A DNA stretch of 64,000 nt from Thermoplasmata archaeon UBA61 (GCA_002503985.1 DASW01000007.1:108435-172434); one strand, 5' to 3'; positions 28,967-38,962 are shown, counted from the stretch's first letter. Notes: generated by a model from the letters alone, not told the origin. Numbers and translations: made by a program.

Positions 28967-30100
28967 GTGCCGATCCCCTCCGTGGACCTGGGCGACCTTG
29001 TCCGGACCCTTCTGTTCCTGCTCTTCGCCGGACTCACGGCCATCATCACGGCGGTCATCGGGCCGACGTACGACAACCTCCTCGTTCCCGAGCTCCAGCC
29101 CAGTGCCCTCTTCCCTCCCCTCCTGGGCTCGGGAAGTGGCGGCGTGAACTACCTATCCACGGGGGCGCGGTTCTCAGGGTACGTCCTCACAAACGTGGTC
29201 GACCCGGCGGTCACGCTGGTCGCGCTCGGCGTCGCTGTTCTCTACCTGTCCCGGTCGGTCGTCTCGCGGTGGGCAGACGCACTGGATGGGCTCCTCCCCC
29301 GGCTCATCATCGGCGTCGTCGGAGCGAACTTCACGGTGCCGATCGCCGGCGCAATCATCGGCGTTGCGGGAGGTCTCTACCCCATCATCTCCGGCTGGGA
29401 TGGTGGTGCCTGGCAGCACTGGGTGAACTTGGCCGGTTGGGGACAGGTCCCGTTCTCCTGGGACAATGGAGCGCTCGCATTCGTGCTTTCCCTGGTCGAG
29501 TTCGCCGCAGTCTTCGTCCTGGTCCTCGCGGTTGGGATACGGGATGCCGTTCTGGCCGTCCTGCTCGTGCTGTTACCGATATTCACGCTATTGTGGCCCC
29601 TTCACCCCCTCTCCCCCCTCGCCCGAAGAGGGTGGCTGCTGTTTGGCGAGCTCGCGTTCCTACCTTGCGTTCTCGTCGTTCCTCTCGAACTCGCTGTCGG
29701 GAGCCCGAATCCCGTCATGCTGGTTGCCTATCTCGCCGTGGCCGTTGCCTCCCCGTTCTTTCTCTCGCTGGCCGGCACCTCCCTCGTTTCCTTCGGATTC
29801 GGTGGTGCATCGGGGGTTGTCCAATCGAACGCGCAGCGCGGTCTCCAGGTCGCACCGTCTGCCGCTGCCTCCTCGTTCGCGCCGGCGGCCAACGGAATAC
29901 GAACCAGCAGTCCCGCGGGGGGAGCGTTCGCCGGAGTTACCCGAGTCGCCGGATCGGCGGCAGCTCCGGCGGCGGCCCCGCTCGTGGTCGGTGAGCTGAT
30001 CGGTCACGGCGCGTGGCAACTGTTGCGACACGTCGGACCATCCCACGGAAAGAACGGCCCCTCGGCCCAGCCGCCGATGCTCAAGGGAGGGGCGAAATGA
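28967..30100 (+). CDS. VirB6/CedA-like polytopic membrane protein
   Basis: AGGAGG before GTG 28967; about 7 TM helices and an Ala/Gly-rich tail typical of VirB6/TrbL; operon context. Confidence 0.6.
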   Translation: MPIPSVDLGDLVRTLLFLLFAGLTAIITAVIGPTYDNLLVPELQPSALFPPLLGSGSGGVNYLSTGARFSGYVLTNVVDPAVTLVALGVAVLYLSRSVVSRWADALDGLLPRLIIGVVGANFTVPIAGAIIGVAGGLYPIISGWDGGAWQHWVNLAGWGQVPFSWDNGALAFVLSLVEFAAVFVLVLAVGIRDAVLAVLLVLLPIFTLLWPLHPLSPLARRGWLLFGELAFLPCVLVVPLELAVGSPNPVMLVAYLAVAVASPFFLSLAGTSLVSFGFGGASGVVQSNAQRGLQVAPSAAASSFAPAANGIRTSSPAGGAFAGVTRVAGSAAAPAAAPLVVGELIGHGAWQLLRHVGPSHGKNGPSAQPPMLKGGAK

Positions 30101-30101
30101 G

Positions 30102-30884
30102 ATGGGCGAGCGCGAGGGCGGTCCCCTCATCATCGGGCTTCCCGAACGATTGGACCGCCGAATGCGACTCGGTCCGTTCCCGTCTTCGCGCGACGCGCTC
30201 AAGTTCCTCACGTACGCCGCGACGGGGGCGTTGTTGTCCCCCTTCGCGAGCCCCCTCGTATGGCTCCCGGTGGTGCTGGCGGGGTTTGTCATCTCGGCCT
30301 GGCGCCCGGACGGCCGTGCCTTTGACGAAAGGATGCTCACGTTCGTCACTTGGAAGGTGCGTACGGCGGGCCCGAGGAGTGCCGTGAAAAGCGCCGGGTC
30401 CCGGCCCCTCGTCCGCCAGGGGCTACTCCAGCTCGAGTCCCATCGCTACGTGGCCGTCGTTCGCACGGGCGGCATGCCCATGGCGTACCTGCCACCCGAC
30501 GAGCTCGCCCGGCGCTTTGAACTCTATCGTGAACTCCTACGCTCGACGGACACCAGCTTCTCGTTCCTCGTCACAACAACTCCGATTCGCTCCCAAGCCG
30601 TTCGACCGGGAATCCCCTCGGGAGGCGGTCAGCAGGCCCAGGCGCGCTCGGGGTACTCCGAACTCGTGACCCTGCTTTGCCGGCGCCGGTTCCTCCGGCG
30701 AGTGTACTTCGTCCTCGGCACATTCGAGGTCGACACGGATGCCATCGGGCGTCTGGAGGGGAGGGTCGCAAACCTCGTCGAGCGACTCGGCTCCCTCGGG
30801 CTCCGACCGGTTCGGCTTCGAGACCGATCCCTGGCCGAGGCTGCACACCGGTTCGGCTGGCCCACGGAGGGGCTAGGGGCATGA
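30102..30884 (+). CDS. PrgI/VirB3-like T4SS membrane protein with a soluble C-terminal domain
   Basis: PERLDRRMRLGP followed by two TM helices and RPDGRAFDE; lies upstream of the VirB4-like ATPase. Confidence 0.55.
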   Translation: MGEREGGPLIIGLPERLDRRMRLGPFPSSRDALKFLTYAATGALLSPFASPLVWLPVVLAGFVISAWRPDGRAFDERMLTFVTWKVRTAGPRSAVKSAGSRPLVRQGLLQLESHRYVAVVRTGGMPMAYLPPDELARRFELYRELLRSTDTSFSFLVTTTPIRSQAVRPGIPSGGGQQAQARSGYSELVTLLCRRRFLRRVYFVLGTFEVDTDAIGRLEGRVANLVERLGSLGLRPVRLRDRSLAEAAHRFGWPTEGLGA

Positions 30885-31255
30885 CCGGCGGAACAGGTGC
30901 CGGCCCCGTATTCGAATTCGAAGCGTTCGGCGCCGCCGTTGGATTGGCCGTCGTCTGCGGGGGGTTGTCGATAGTGTTCCCGCTCCTCATCGCGCCGACG
31001 GCCACGCTCGCCGCTCTCGCGTTGGCGGGATGGGTCTCGCGGGCCCGACGACGGGGTTCGCTCACCCGAAAGGGTCCGGGCACTGGGCCGGCGATCGCGC
31101 TCAGCGTTCTGGGGGCCGCTGCGATCTTGTTCCTCATTGCTCCCCCATCCCTCGCCGCCTTTCGTGGCCTCCTCCTTGCGGGGGGTCTCGTCCCGCTCTT
31201 CGCGACCGAGCGAACTTCGTCTCCGCTTCGCTCCCCGGTGTTCTCCCGTTCATGA
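30881..31255 (+). CDS. Small 4-TM membrane protein in the T4SS-like operon
   Basis: ATGA-coupled on both sides; hydrophobic throughout. Confidence 0.65.
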   Translation: MTGGTGAGPVFEFEAFGAAVGLAVVCGGLSIVFPLLIAPTATLAALALAGWVSRARRRGSLTRKGPGTGPAIALSVLGAAAILFLIAPPSLAAFRGLLLAGGLVPLFATERTSSPLRSPVFSRS

Positions 31256-32946
31256 CCCGATCCCTCCCTTCGAACGCGCCCGCCGAAGCGCCGACCTTTT
31301 GGCGGGTCGGCCGAAGCTACCGCGCACCGCTCCTGATTCGAAGTTTCCCCCCGGAAGTTCCCTTCGGGTTCCTTAGCCGCATTCTTCCGACCAATGAGAC
31401 GCTCGAGCTCTCGGTAGAGGCCCACCAGATCCCGTCTTCGAACGCGCTCGAGCTCCTGCATGGGGCGAGGGCCGTCGCCGAGGCGGAGCTCGCCACCGGT
31501 GGCAACGGAGGGCAGACGGCCGAGCTCGAGGTCGAACGTGCGAGTGCCGAGGAGCTGGGCCGCGCGGTCGCTCGGCGGACTCAGGAGCTCTGGAAGGTCG
31601 GAATACGCTTCGTGGTCCTAGCTCCGACCCGGCCGCACGTCGAGGCGAGGAGGATGCGCCTATCCGAGCGGCTCTCCGCCATCGGGTTTCGGTCACGTGT
31701 TCCTCGGTACGAGGTCCGCGAGGCGCTCCTCCCGCCGGACCTGTCCGCGTCCGAGCCACGGCCCTCGGGTTACTGGCACACCTTGCCGACCGATGGGCTC
31801 GCCTCGCTCTTCCCGTTCGGAGACGAGACGCTCTTGGAGCCGGGAGGGGTCCTCCTGGGTCTCGCGCTTTCCGACGCGAGCCCGGTATTCGTTGACCGGT
31901 GGTCCCACGCGAGCTACTCCTGGGGTATCTTTGGTACGACGGGGTCGGGCAAGTCGTTCGCGGCGGCGCTGACTCTGCTGAGGACTCGGTGGCTACGACC
32001 CGACACGTCCATCGCCATATTGGATCCTCTAGGGGAGTACTCGACCTTGGTCAAGGCTCTCGGAGGCTCGGTCATCCGTGTCGCGGACGGGGTTGGGGGG
32101 AGACTGAACCCGCTCGACCCGGTGACTACCCGGGGCGACCGACGGGAGAAGGCCGCCCGGGTCGGAACGATGCTTCGGGCCCTCTTCCCGAGCCTTCGAG
32201 ACGAGGAGGCGGCCGAGCTGGACGCGGCCGTGACCCAACTCTACGAGCGAGGACCAGACGTGCCGACCTTGCGAGACCTTCGGGACCGAGTGGTCGAGCG
32301 GGGCGGAGCGGGAACCCGCCTCGCGACCCTGCTTGAGGTGTTCCGGTCGGGTTCGCTGCGGGCGTTGGATGGACCGACGACCGCTCGCCCAACCGAAATG
32401 GTCGTATCGGTCGACTTCCAAGGAGTGCCCGATGACCAACTGCCGTTCCACCTCACGTACGTCCTCGATTGGGCGTACGGGCGGATGGCCGGGCTCACGG
32501 GCGGCAAGCTGCTCCTCATCGACGAGGCGCACCTTCTCGCGCGCCACGCGATGACCGAAGAGTTCCTGGACCGGGTCGTGCGTCACGTGCGACACTTCGA
32601 GGCAGGGCTACTGGTCCTTTCTCAAAGTCCGGAAGATTTTCTCGTCCGTCCGGCCGGAAGGTCTCTCCTCAGGAACTTGTACGCGACCGCGTTCCTACGC
32701 CTCCCGGAGGTGTCGGCCGAAGCGCGGACGTTCTTTGAACTCACGGACGCGGAGGGCGATTGGCTGCCGCGGGCGCGTCTCCCGAAGGAGACCGGGTACT
32801 CCGAATCGCTCTGGAGAGTGGGGGAATTACACCTGCCGCTCGCGATCGTAGCGTCGACCCCCGAGTACGAGTTCCTCGAAGCCAGCCTGGGTCGACCCAG
32901 GACGACTCCGGACGCCCCCGATGCCGCTCCAAAGGGAGGTTTATAG
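31252..32946 (+). CDS. virB4: VirB4/CedB-like (HerA/FtsK superfamily) ATPase
   Basis: Walker A GTTGSGKS, ILDPLGEY, LNPLD, Walker B LLLIDEAH, RHVRHFEAGLLVLSQSPEDF. Confidence 0.8.
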   Translation: MTRSLPSNAPAEAPTFWRVGRSYRAPLLIRSFPPEVPFGFLSRILPTNETLELSVEAHQIPSSNALELLHGARAVAEAELATGGNGGQTAELEVERASAEELGRAVARRTQELWKVGIRFVVLAPTRPHVEARRMRLSERLSAIGFRSRVPRYEVREALLPPDLSASEPRPSGYWHTLPTDGLASLFPFGDETLLEPGGVLLGLALSDASPVFVDRWSHASYSWGIFGTTGSGKSFAAALTLLRTRWLRPDTSIAILDPLGEYSTLVKALGGSVIRVADGVGGRLNPLDPVTTRGDRREKAARVGTMLRALFPSLRDEEAAELDAAVTQLYERGPDVPTLRDLRDRVVERGGAGTRLATLLEVFRSGSLRALDGPTTARPTEMVVSVDFQGVPDDQLPFHLTYVLDWAYGRMAGLTGGKLLLIDEAHLLARHAMTEEFLDRVVRHVRHFEAGLLVLSQSPEDFLVRPAGRSLLRNLYATAFLRLPEVSAEARTFFELTDAEGDWLPRARLPKETGYSESLWRVGELHLPLAIVASTPEYEFLEASLGRPRTTPDAPDAAPKGGL

Positions 32947-32970
32947 GGGCCCGCGCGCCGAACGAGGAAC

Positions 32971-33468
32971 GTGGGCGCGGACGCGACGGTCGAAGGCCCG
33001 CCGCGCCGCCGGACGAGCTGGAGCCTGAAGACCATCGTCGAGGACGTTGCGGGTCGACCTATTGGGGAGCTCCAAGACCCCGGGCGACCGGTGCACCCGT
33101 ACCTGAAGGGAAAGGTCGTGGAGGTTCCTTCGGAACTGTCCACCTCCTCGAGGCCCCCCAGCGAATGGTACGACCCGGTCGACCGACTCTATCCCCCCTT
33201 GGTCGGCCCGACCGGGCGAGAGTTCCACGGACCGGACCACGAGAACCATGCCGACACGATTGACCGACACCGACCCCTCCCCGGTCACCTCCCGGGGCCT
33301 ACGCATCGCCCGGAGCGGCTCTACCTGCACTACCTATTGCTCCACATGGACCGGCTGAGCGCCTCGGCGCTCCAGTACCTCAAGCTCGCCGTGGACGAGG
33401 AGATCGCACACCGCGCCCAACCCGCGCCTTCATCCCCTTCGGGCCCCGCGCCCGAGCGGAAAGCGTGA
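32971..33468 (+). CDS. Hypothetical protein
   Basis: TATA-like TTTATA at about 32940, GTG start about 25 nt later; 3' end overlaps the convergent methyltransferase gene. Confidence 0.5.
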   Translation: MGADATVEGPPRRRTSWSLKTIVEDVAGRPIGELQDPGRPVHPYLKGKVVEVPSELSTSSRPPSEWYDPVDRLYPPLVGPTGREFHGPDHENHADTIDRHRPLPGHLPGPTHRPERLYLHYLLLHMDRLSASALQYLKLAVDEEIAHRAQPAPSSPSGPAPERKA

Positions 33469-34258
33469 ACCCGCGCGCCAGCGCACTCGCCTCGAGGGCA
33501 CCGTAGGCGCCTCGGTCCCATTCCACGCCGATCGCGTCACGACCCCAGCGGCTCGCCGCCCAGAGCGTGGTGCCGGTCCCGGCGAACGGGTCGAGCACCG
33601 TGTCGCCCTCGACCGAGAACATCCGCACCAGCCGTTCGGCGAGCTCGGGCGGGAACGCGGCGCTCCTCCCCCGGGGCGAATCCTGGCGAGCGCCCCGGAT
33701 ATCGGTCCAGACCTGGCTGAACCAGCGGTCTCGCTCTTCGCGCGAGAACCGGCTGGCGAGCCGAGCGGCGTCGTGGGTCGGGAAACGCCGGAGCTTTCCC
33801 TTGCGGAAGAGGAGAACGTACTCGCAGTCGAGGGTCACGTAGGCGTTCGGTGGCAAGAACCCCGAGCCGAGGAACGCGTTGGGGCGGTTGGTAGGCTTCT
33901 TCCAGAGGATGTACGGGAGCGGAACCAAGCCGAGGCGAGTCGCCGACACGAACGTCTCGGCCGGGTTCGGCCAGAGGCGAAACTCCCCGTCCGCCGAGCG
34001 GAGCGCATCGCCGATGTTGACCGCGAGGATGCCGCCGGGGACGAGAACGCGTTGGCATTCGGCCCAGGCGTCGGCGAGCACCCGGAGCATCCCTGGGTAG
34101 TCGGTCGCTCCCAGGGCACGGAACAGTCCGTCCCACTGGGGGATCATGGGGTACGGAGGCGACGTGACGACCAGATGGACCGTTCCGCTCGCGATGCCGT
34201 TCAGCTTGCGCGCGTCGCCATGGATGAGCCGAACGGACCCCAGGGGTGGGCGCCGCAC
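33380..34258 (-). CDS. Orphan beta-class amino-DNA methyltransferase (N4-mC/N6-mA)
   Basis: Catalytic VTSPPY precedes SAM-binding VLDPFAGTGTT; AFPPELAERL; GTG start inferred. Confidence 0.88.
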   Translation of the reverse strand: MRRPPLGSVRLIHGDARKLNGIASGTVHLVVTSPPYPMIPQWDGLFRALGATDYPGMLRVLADAWAECQRVLVPGGILAVNIGDALRSADGEFRLWPNPAETFVSATRLGLVPLPYILWKKPTNRPNAFLGSGFLPPNAYVTLDCEYVLLFRKGKLRRFPTHDAARLASRFSREERDRWFSQVWTDIRGARQDSPRGRSAAFPPELAERLVRMFSVEGDTVLDPFAGTGTTLWAASRWGRDAIGVEWDRGAYGALEASALARGFTLSARARGPKGMKARVGRGVRSPRPRRA

Positions 34259-34309
34259 GCCGGGCCGAAGCCCTGGCACGGTTAATATCGCCCGCCCTCT
34301 CGGTAGGAC

Positions 34310-35614
34310 ATGCGGCTCGACCGACCGGTCCTCCAGGTCGCGCTCGACTTCGAGAACCTCTCCCGCGCCCTGCTCGCGGCACGCGAGGCGGTCGAAGGGG
34401 GAGCGGACTGGGTGGAGGCCGGGACCCCGCTCATCAAGAGCGAGGGGTTGGACGCGGTCCGCGAACTGAAGAAGGCATTCCCGGACCACCTGATCGTAGC
34501 CGACCTGAAGGTGATGGATACCGGGGCCTTCGAGGTCGAGATCGCTGCCAAGGCGGGGGCCGACATCGTCACGGTCCTAGGCGCCGCGGACGACGACACC
34601 ATCGCGGACGCGGTCCGGGGTGGAGAACTTTACGGAGCCGAGGTGATGGTCGACCTGCTCGGCGTCGCGGACCCGGTGGCTCGTACGAAGCGGGTCGCCG
34701 AGCTCGGCGCGGCGGCCGTCTGCTGGCACGTGGGGATCGACATGCAGATGACGGGGAAGACCCCGTTCGCCGTGCTCGCAGAGCTCGCGAAGGCATCCCC
34801 GATCCCGGTTGCGGTCGCCGGCGGTCTCACGAGCGAGAGCGTCGTGGAGGCGGTCCGCGCCGGCGCTCAGATCCTCATCGTCGGAGGAGCGATCACGAAG
34901 AGCCCCAAGATCGTCGAGGCGACCCAACGCATCGACGAGGCGATCCGGACCCAGAAGGCGGTCGCGAGTGAGCATTTCCGTCGCTACCGCAGCGAGGACC
35001 TCCGGGAGGCCTTTCTGAAAGTGTCCAGCCCGAACGTGACGGACGCGATGATGCGACAGGGGGCGATGCACGGCCTCCTCCCGCACCTCAAGGGCCCATC
35101 GGTTCGCGTGGTCGGGACCGCCGTGACCGTCGTTACCCGCGACGGGGACTGGGCGAAGCCGGTCGAAGCGATCGACCGAGCCGGGCCCGGTGACGTCATC
35201 GTGGTCGACGCCGGAGGCGGGACGACCGCGGTCTGGGGGGAGCTGGCCAGCTGGTCAGCGCACGGCCGTCACGTCGCAGGTGTCGTCGTCGACGGGGCCA
35301 TCCGGGACCTTGACACGATTCTCGAGATGGGATTCCCCGCGTTCAGCCGGTCGGTGAGCCCTAATGCTGGGGAGCCGAAGGGTCACGGCGAGATCGGGGT
35401 CGAGGTGACGGTCGGCGGCCAGCGGGTCCGCCCCGGCGACTGGATCGTGGGAGATGTGAGCGGGGTCGTGGTCGTCCCGCGCGAGCGGGCGCAGGAGATC
35501 GCGAACCGGGCCCTGGACGTGCTCGAGCATGAGAACCGTGTCCGGGAGGAAATCCAGCGCGGCTCCACCCTAGGCGCGGTGCAGAAGCTCGAGCGCTGGG
35601 AACGGGTCGGGTAG
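34310..35614 (+). CDS. hps: 3-hexulose-6-phosphate synthase fused to an RraA/MenG-like domain
   Basis: LQVALD, EAGTPLIKSEG, ADLKVMDTG, then GTAVTV, AVWGELA and VDGAIRD of the RraA fold. Confidence 0.9.
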   Translation: MRLDRPVLQVALDFENLSRALLAAREAVEGGADWVEAGTPLIKSEGLDAVRELKKAFPDHLIVADLKVMDTGAFEVEIAAKAGADIVTVLGAADDDTIADAVRGGELYGAEVMVDLLGVADPVARTKRVAELGAAAVCWHVGIDMQMTGKTPFAVLAELAKASPIPVAVAGGLTSESVVEAVRAGAQILIVGGAITKSPKIVEATQRIDEAIRTQKAVASEHFRRYRSEDLREAFLKVSSPNVTDAMMRQGAMHGLLPHLKGPSVRVVGTAVTVVTRDGDWAKPVEAIDRAGPGDVIVVDAGGGTTAVWGELASWSAHGRHVAGVVVDGAIRDLDTILEMGFPAFSRSVSPNAGEPKGHGEIGVEVTVGGQRVRPGDWIVGDVSGVVVVPRERAQEIANRALDVLEHENRVREEIQRGSTLGAVQKLERWERVG

Positions 35615-35646
35615 CGCGTCCCTGAGTTGCTCCAAGGTGGCGCGAC

Positions 35647-36444
35647 TTACACCGTGCTCAGCGCCTTGAGCAGCTCGGACTGCATCCATAACGAGTCCGT
35701 CTGCGATCGAATCCGTGCCTGCTGGTGTCGGTTGGGCCCTGTCCAGCTCAACGTCCAGGGCAGGGGGTACTCGACGTCCCACAGCACAAGACCCTCCGGG
35801 TCTACTGTCGGCAAGGTGAGGCGGACATCGCCCTTGAGCGCGGCTTCGAGCCGCGCGAGCGTCAAGCGGCCGGCATCGTATTCCCGCAATGCCCCGATGA
35901 TCTTGCGGACCATCCCCCAGACGAATGAGGGGGCGCGGACTTCCACGATGAGTCCTCCCTCCGTTGGGGCCACCGTGACAGATTCCACCAACCGCAGGAT
36001 GGGTACTCCCGCTGGGAGACCTCGCCCGAACGACCGGACGTCAATCGCTCCGGAGAAGAGGCGCGCCGCGCGTTCCCATCGATCAGGGTGGTGCCCTCCG
36101 ATCGGTTCGAAGTAGCGATAAGTCCGCCGCACGGCTCCTCGCACTCGGAACTCCTCGGGGACCGGGGTTGCGGCCGAACAAATCAGTTCCGTGGATATTC
36201 CGTTTAGAGAACGCAGCAGAACCCGGCTCGGAAGCTCGGTCGACACCACAAAGGCGTTCGCCCGCGCGCTAACCCCCCGATCGGTCCGGCTCGCCACGGC
36301 GACCCTCGCTGCCTCCGCAGAAGGAGTCACTCCAAGACGGACAAGTCCACGGAGAAGCTCACTCTCTACCGTACGGAGACCCGGTTGGCGGGCCCATCCG
36401 GCAAACTCGCGGCCATCGTATCCGAACCGAACGAGCCACCGCAT
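35647..36444 (-). CDS. truA: tRNA pseudouridine(38-40) synthase
   Basis: YDGREFAGWARQP, ASRTDRGVSA with the catalytic Asp, RTYRY, SFVWGMVRKIIG. Confidence 0.92.
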   Translation of the reverse strand: MRWLVRFGYDGREFAGWARQPGLRTVESELLRGLVRLGVTPSAEAARVAVASRTDRGVSARANAFVVSTELPSRVLLRSLNGISTELICSAATPVPEEFRVRGAVRRTYRYFEPIGGHHPDRWERAARLFSGAIDVRSFGRGLPAGVPILRLVESVTVAPTEGGLIVEVRAPSFVWGMVRKIIGALREYDAGRLTLARLEAALKGDVRLTLPTVDPEGLVLWDVEYPLPWTLSWTGPNRHQQARIRSQTDSLWMQSELLKALSTV

Positions 36445-36504
36445 GCGTAATCCCTTCCGCGGAGCACCACTGACGACCAGTCGGGCCGCAACGAAGAAAG
36501 TTGC

Positions 36505-36568
36505 TTGACAACCCGTGTCAAATAGACGCCTATTGTAATCTATATACTCTACGGCAGATTAGTATAAA
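36505..36568 (+). promoter_or_regulatory. AT-rich pst promoter region with TATA box and several palindromes
   Basis: TTGACA-N5-TGTCAA (36505-36521), AATAG-N4-CTATT (36521-36534), TAATCT...AGATTA (36536-36561), TATAAA (36563-36568). Confidence 0.5.
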
Positions 36569-36689
36569 TCCCCTGTAAAGTTCGTTCCTCCGATGTCGAC
36601 CCGGACGGCTAGCCGCGTTGTGGACGGGCTTTCCCTCTAAGGTCGACGGAACCGACACAGTCCGTGAACAGAAGAACGGCAGGAGAAAA

Positions 36690-37922
36690 ATGAGTAGCAG
36701 CCAAGCAGGAACGAGTGCGCCACCGACAAGTGAGGCCGGAACTCCGGCAATCCAACGGCAAAAACGAGGCCGTGGCCCGATGATCGCGGTGGTTGCAGTG
36801 ATCGTCGTCGTCATCCTCGTGCTGGTCGTCGGGTGGTCGGCGGGATGGTTCAACAGTAGCAGCAGCAGCTCCAAAGGAACGTCGGGATGCACGCTCCCTA
36901 GTGTGGTCCAACTCAAGGGCGAAGGGTCGACTCTGGTCGCTCCCTTGATGGACCAGTGGGCGACATCCTACTGGAACGGAGCAGCCGTCACGTATGACTC
37001 CGCAGGGAGTTCGGCGGGTATCCAAGCTATCACGGCGAAGACCGTGGATTTCGGAGCCAGCGATGCTCCTCTCACCTACGCTCAACGTGTGGCCGCGCCG
37101 GGGATTCTAACGATTCCCGAGTCGGCCGGCGGTGTCGTCCCGATCTACAACTTGCCCGGCGTATCCGCGGACCTGAACTTCAACGGGAGCGTCCTCGCCC
37201 AGATGTTTGACGGCGGGATAACGAACTGGAACAACTCGGCTCTCCAGACCCTGAACCCCCACGTCGTCCTACCGGTCCAGACCATCTTCCCCGTCCACCG
37301 GACGGGCGGAAGCGGAACCACGTTCATCTTTACGAGCTTCATGAGCGTGGAGAACGCCGCGTGGGCCCATACCTACGGTAAGAACACAGCCTGGCCCACC
37401 AACATCACGATCGGAGGCGGAGCCTCGGGGAACGGCGGCGAAGCGTCCACGGTTCAAACTACGCCGTATTCGATCGGTTACGTCGACCTGAACTACGCGC
37501 TGAACGCGGGGTCCGGGGTCGGTGTCGGGAACGTCCAGAACCCCAAGGGGGACTTCATCCATGCGACGGTGGCCAACACCGAGTCCGCGCTTGTCGACTC
37601 GAGCGTCGTGCTTCCCGCGGGAACGGGTGACTGGTACAACGTCTCGTTGCTCAACGCACCGGGCGCGAACGACTACCCGATCACGTCCCTTACGTACGTG
37701 CTAGTCTACCAGAACCTGAACGCGTTCAGCAGCTACACGCTGACGAACGCGGAGAATGTGGTCGACTTCTTGCACTGGATCGTGGCGGTCGGACAGAATG
37801 ACTCGGCGCTGCTCTACTACGTCCCCTTGACCTCGGCCATCGTGAGCGCTGACATCGCGTCCATCAACTCGATTACCTTTGGCACGCAGACCATCCCAGT
37901 CTGCGTCCCGAGCTCGAGCTAG
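36690..37922 (+). CDS. pstS: Phosphate ABC transporter substrate-binding protein
   Basis: GEGSTLVAP, GSSAGI, DFGASDAPL, HRTGGSGTTFIFT, YPITSLTY; AGGAG before ATG 36690. Confidence 0.93.
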   Translation: MSSSQAGTSAPPTSEAGTPAIQRQKRGRGPMIAVVAVIVVVILVLVVGWSAGWFNSSSSSSKGTSGCTLPSVVQLKGEGSTLVAPLMDQWATSYWNGAAVTYDSAGSSAGIQAITAKTVDFGASDAPLTYAQRVAAPGILTIPESAGGVVPIYNLPGVSADLNFNGSVLAQMFDGGITNWNNSALQTLNPHVVLPVQTIFPVHRTGGSGTTFIFTSFMSVENAAWAHTYGKNTAWPTNITIGGGASGNGGEASTVQTTPYSIGYVDLNYALNAGSGVGVGNVQNPKGDFIHATVANTESALVDSSVVLPAGTGDWYNVSLLNAPGANDYPITSLTYVLVYQNLNAFSSYTLTNAENVVDFLHWIVAVGQNDSALLYYVPLTSAIVSADIASINSITFGTQTIPVCVPSSS

Positions 37923-37957
37923 TCGAGAGGCCGGGCGGACCCACCGAGGTTCTCCGG

Positions 37958-38962
37958 ATGGAGCCGCCAACCCTTTCCAATTCTTCTTCTTCCTCGACAC
38001 CGGTTATTCCCCGCAGGGCACCCCGGCGGTCTCGACCGACGTCCCGGTGGCCCGACCGGGTGTTCTTTGGCATCGTCACCGCCGTAGGGGTCTCGGTCAT
38101 TGGTCTCGCGGCGGCGATCGTCGGGATCCTCGCCTACGGCTCCCGCTATTCGATCCAGGTCTTCGGCTTCTCGTTCCTCTGGGGGACGGTCTGGAGCCCC
38201 ACTACCAACGTCTTTGGGGTGGTGCCGGTCGTCGTCGGAACGCTACTCACGAGCGCCATCGCCCTCCTCATCGCTATCCCGCTCGCCCTAGGCTCGGCGA
38301 TCTTCCTCACGACCCACGCGCCGCGATGGCTCCGCGGTCCGGCGGGTACCGCGGTCGAGCTCCTCGCGGCAGTTCCCTCCGTGATCTATGGGCTCTGGGG
38401 AATCTATGTGGTCCATCCCTACATGGCGTCGACCATCGAACCCGGATTGAAGCAGTACCTCGGGTTCACCGGCCTCTTTGACGGCACGCCGATCGGGCTC
38501 GACGTGCTCACCGCGAGCGTGATCCTCGCGATCATGGTCATCCCTACCATCTGCGCCATTAGCCGGGACACGCTGGCCGCGGTCCCCCAGGCCCAGAAGG
38601 AGGCCGCCCTCAGTCTGGGCGCTACCGACTGGGAGACAACCCGCGTTGCCATGATCCCCTACGCCCGATCTGGGATCATCGGCGGCATTATTCTCGGACT
38701 CGGACGAGCGCTGGGCGAAACGATGGCCGTGACCATGGTGATCGGCAACGCTGACCGGATCCCGACTTCCCTCTTGTCGCAGGGTCAGACGATTGCGAGC
38801 CTCATCGCGAACGAGCTGCTCAGTAACAGCGGACCTCTCCAGGAGTCCGCCATCCTCGAGGCCGGTCTCATCCTACTGGTCATCGCTCTCTCGGTGAACA
38901 TCATCGCCCGGCTCCTGGTGTGGCGCGTGCTCAAGGGTGGGGGAGGGGGAATCGTCGAATGA
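37958..38962 (+). CDS. pstC: Phosphate ABC transporter permease
   Basis: ELLAAVPSVIYGLWG, EAALSLGAT, GRALGETMAV. Confidence 0.93.
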   Translation: MEPPTLSNSSSSSTPVIPRRAPRRSRPTSRWPDRVFFGIVTAVGVSVIGLAAAIVGILAYGSRYSIQVFGFSFLWGTVWSPTTNVFGVVPVVVGTLLTSAIALLIAIPLALGSAIFLTTHAPRWLRGPAGTAVELLAAVPSVIYGLWGIYVVHPYMASTIEPGLKQYLGFTGLFDGTPIGLDVLTASVILAIMVIPTICAISRDTLAAVPQAQKEAALSLGATDWETTRVAMIPYARSGIIGGIILGLGRALGETMAVTMVIGNADRIPTSLLSQGQTIASLIANELLSNSGPLQESAILEAGLILLVIALSVNIIARLLVWRVLKGGGGGIVE

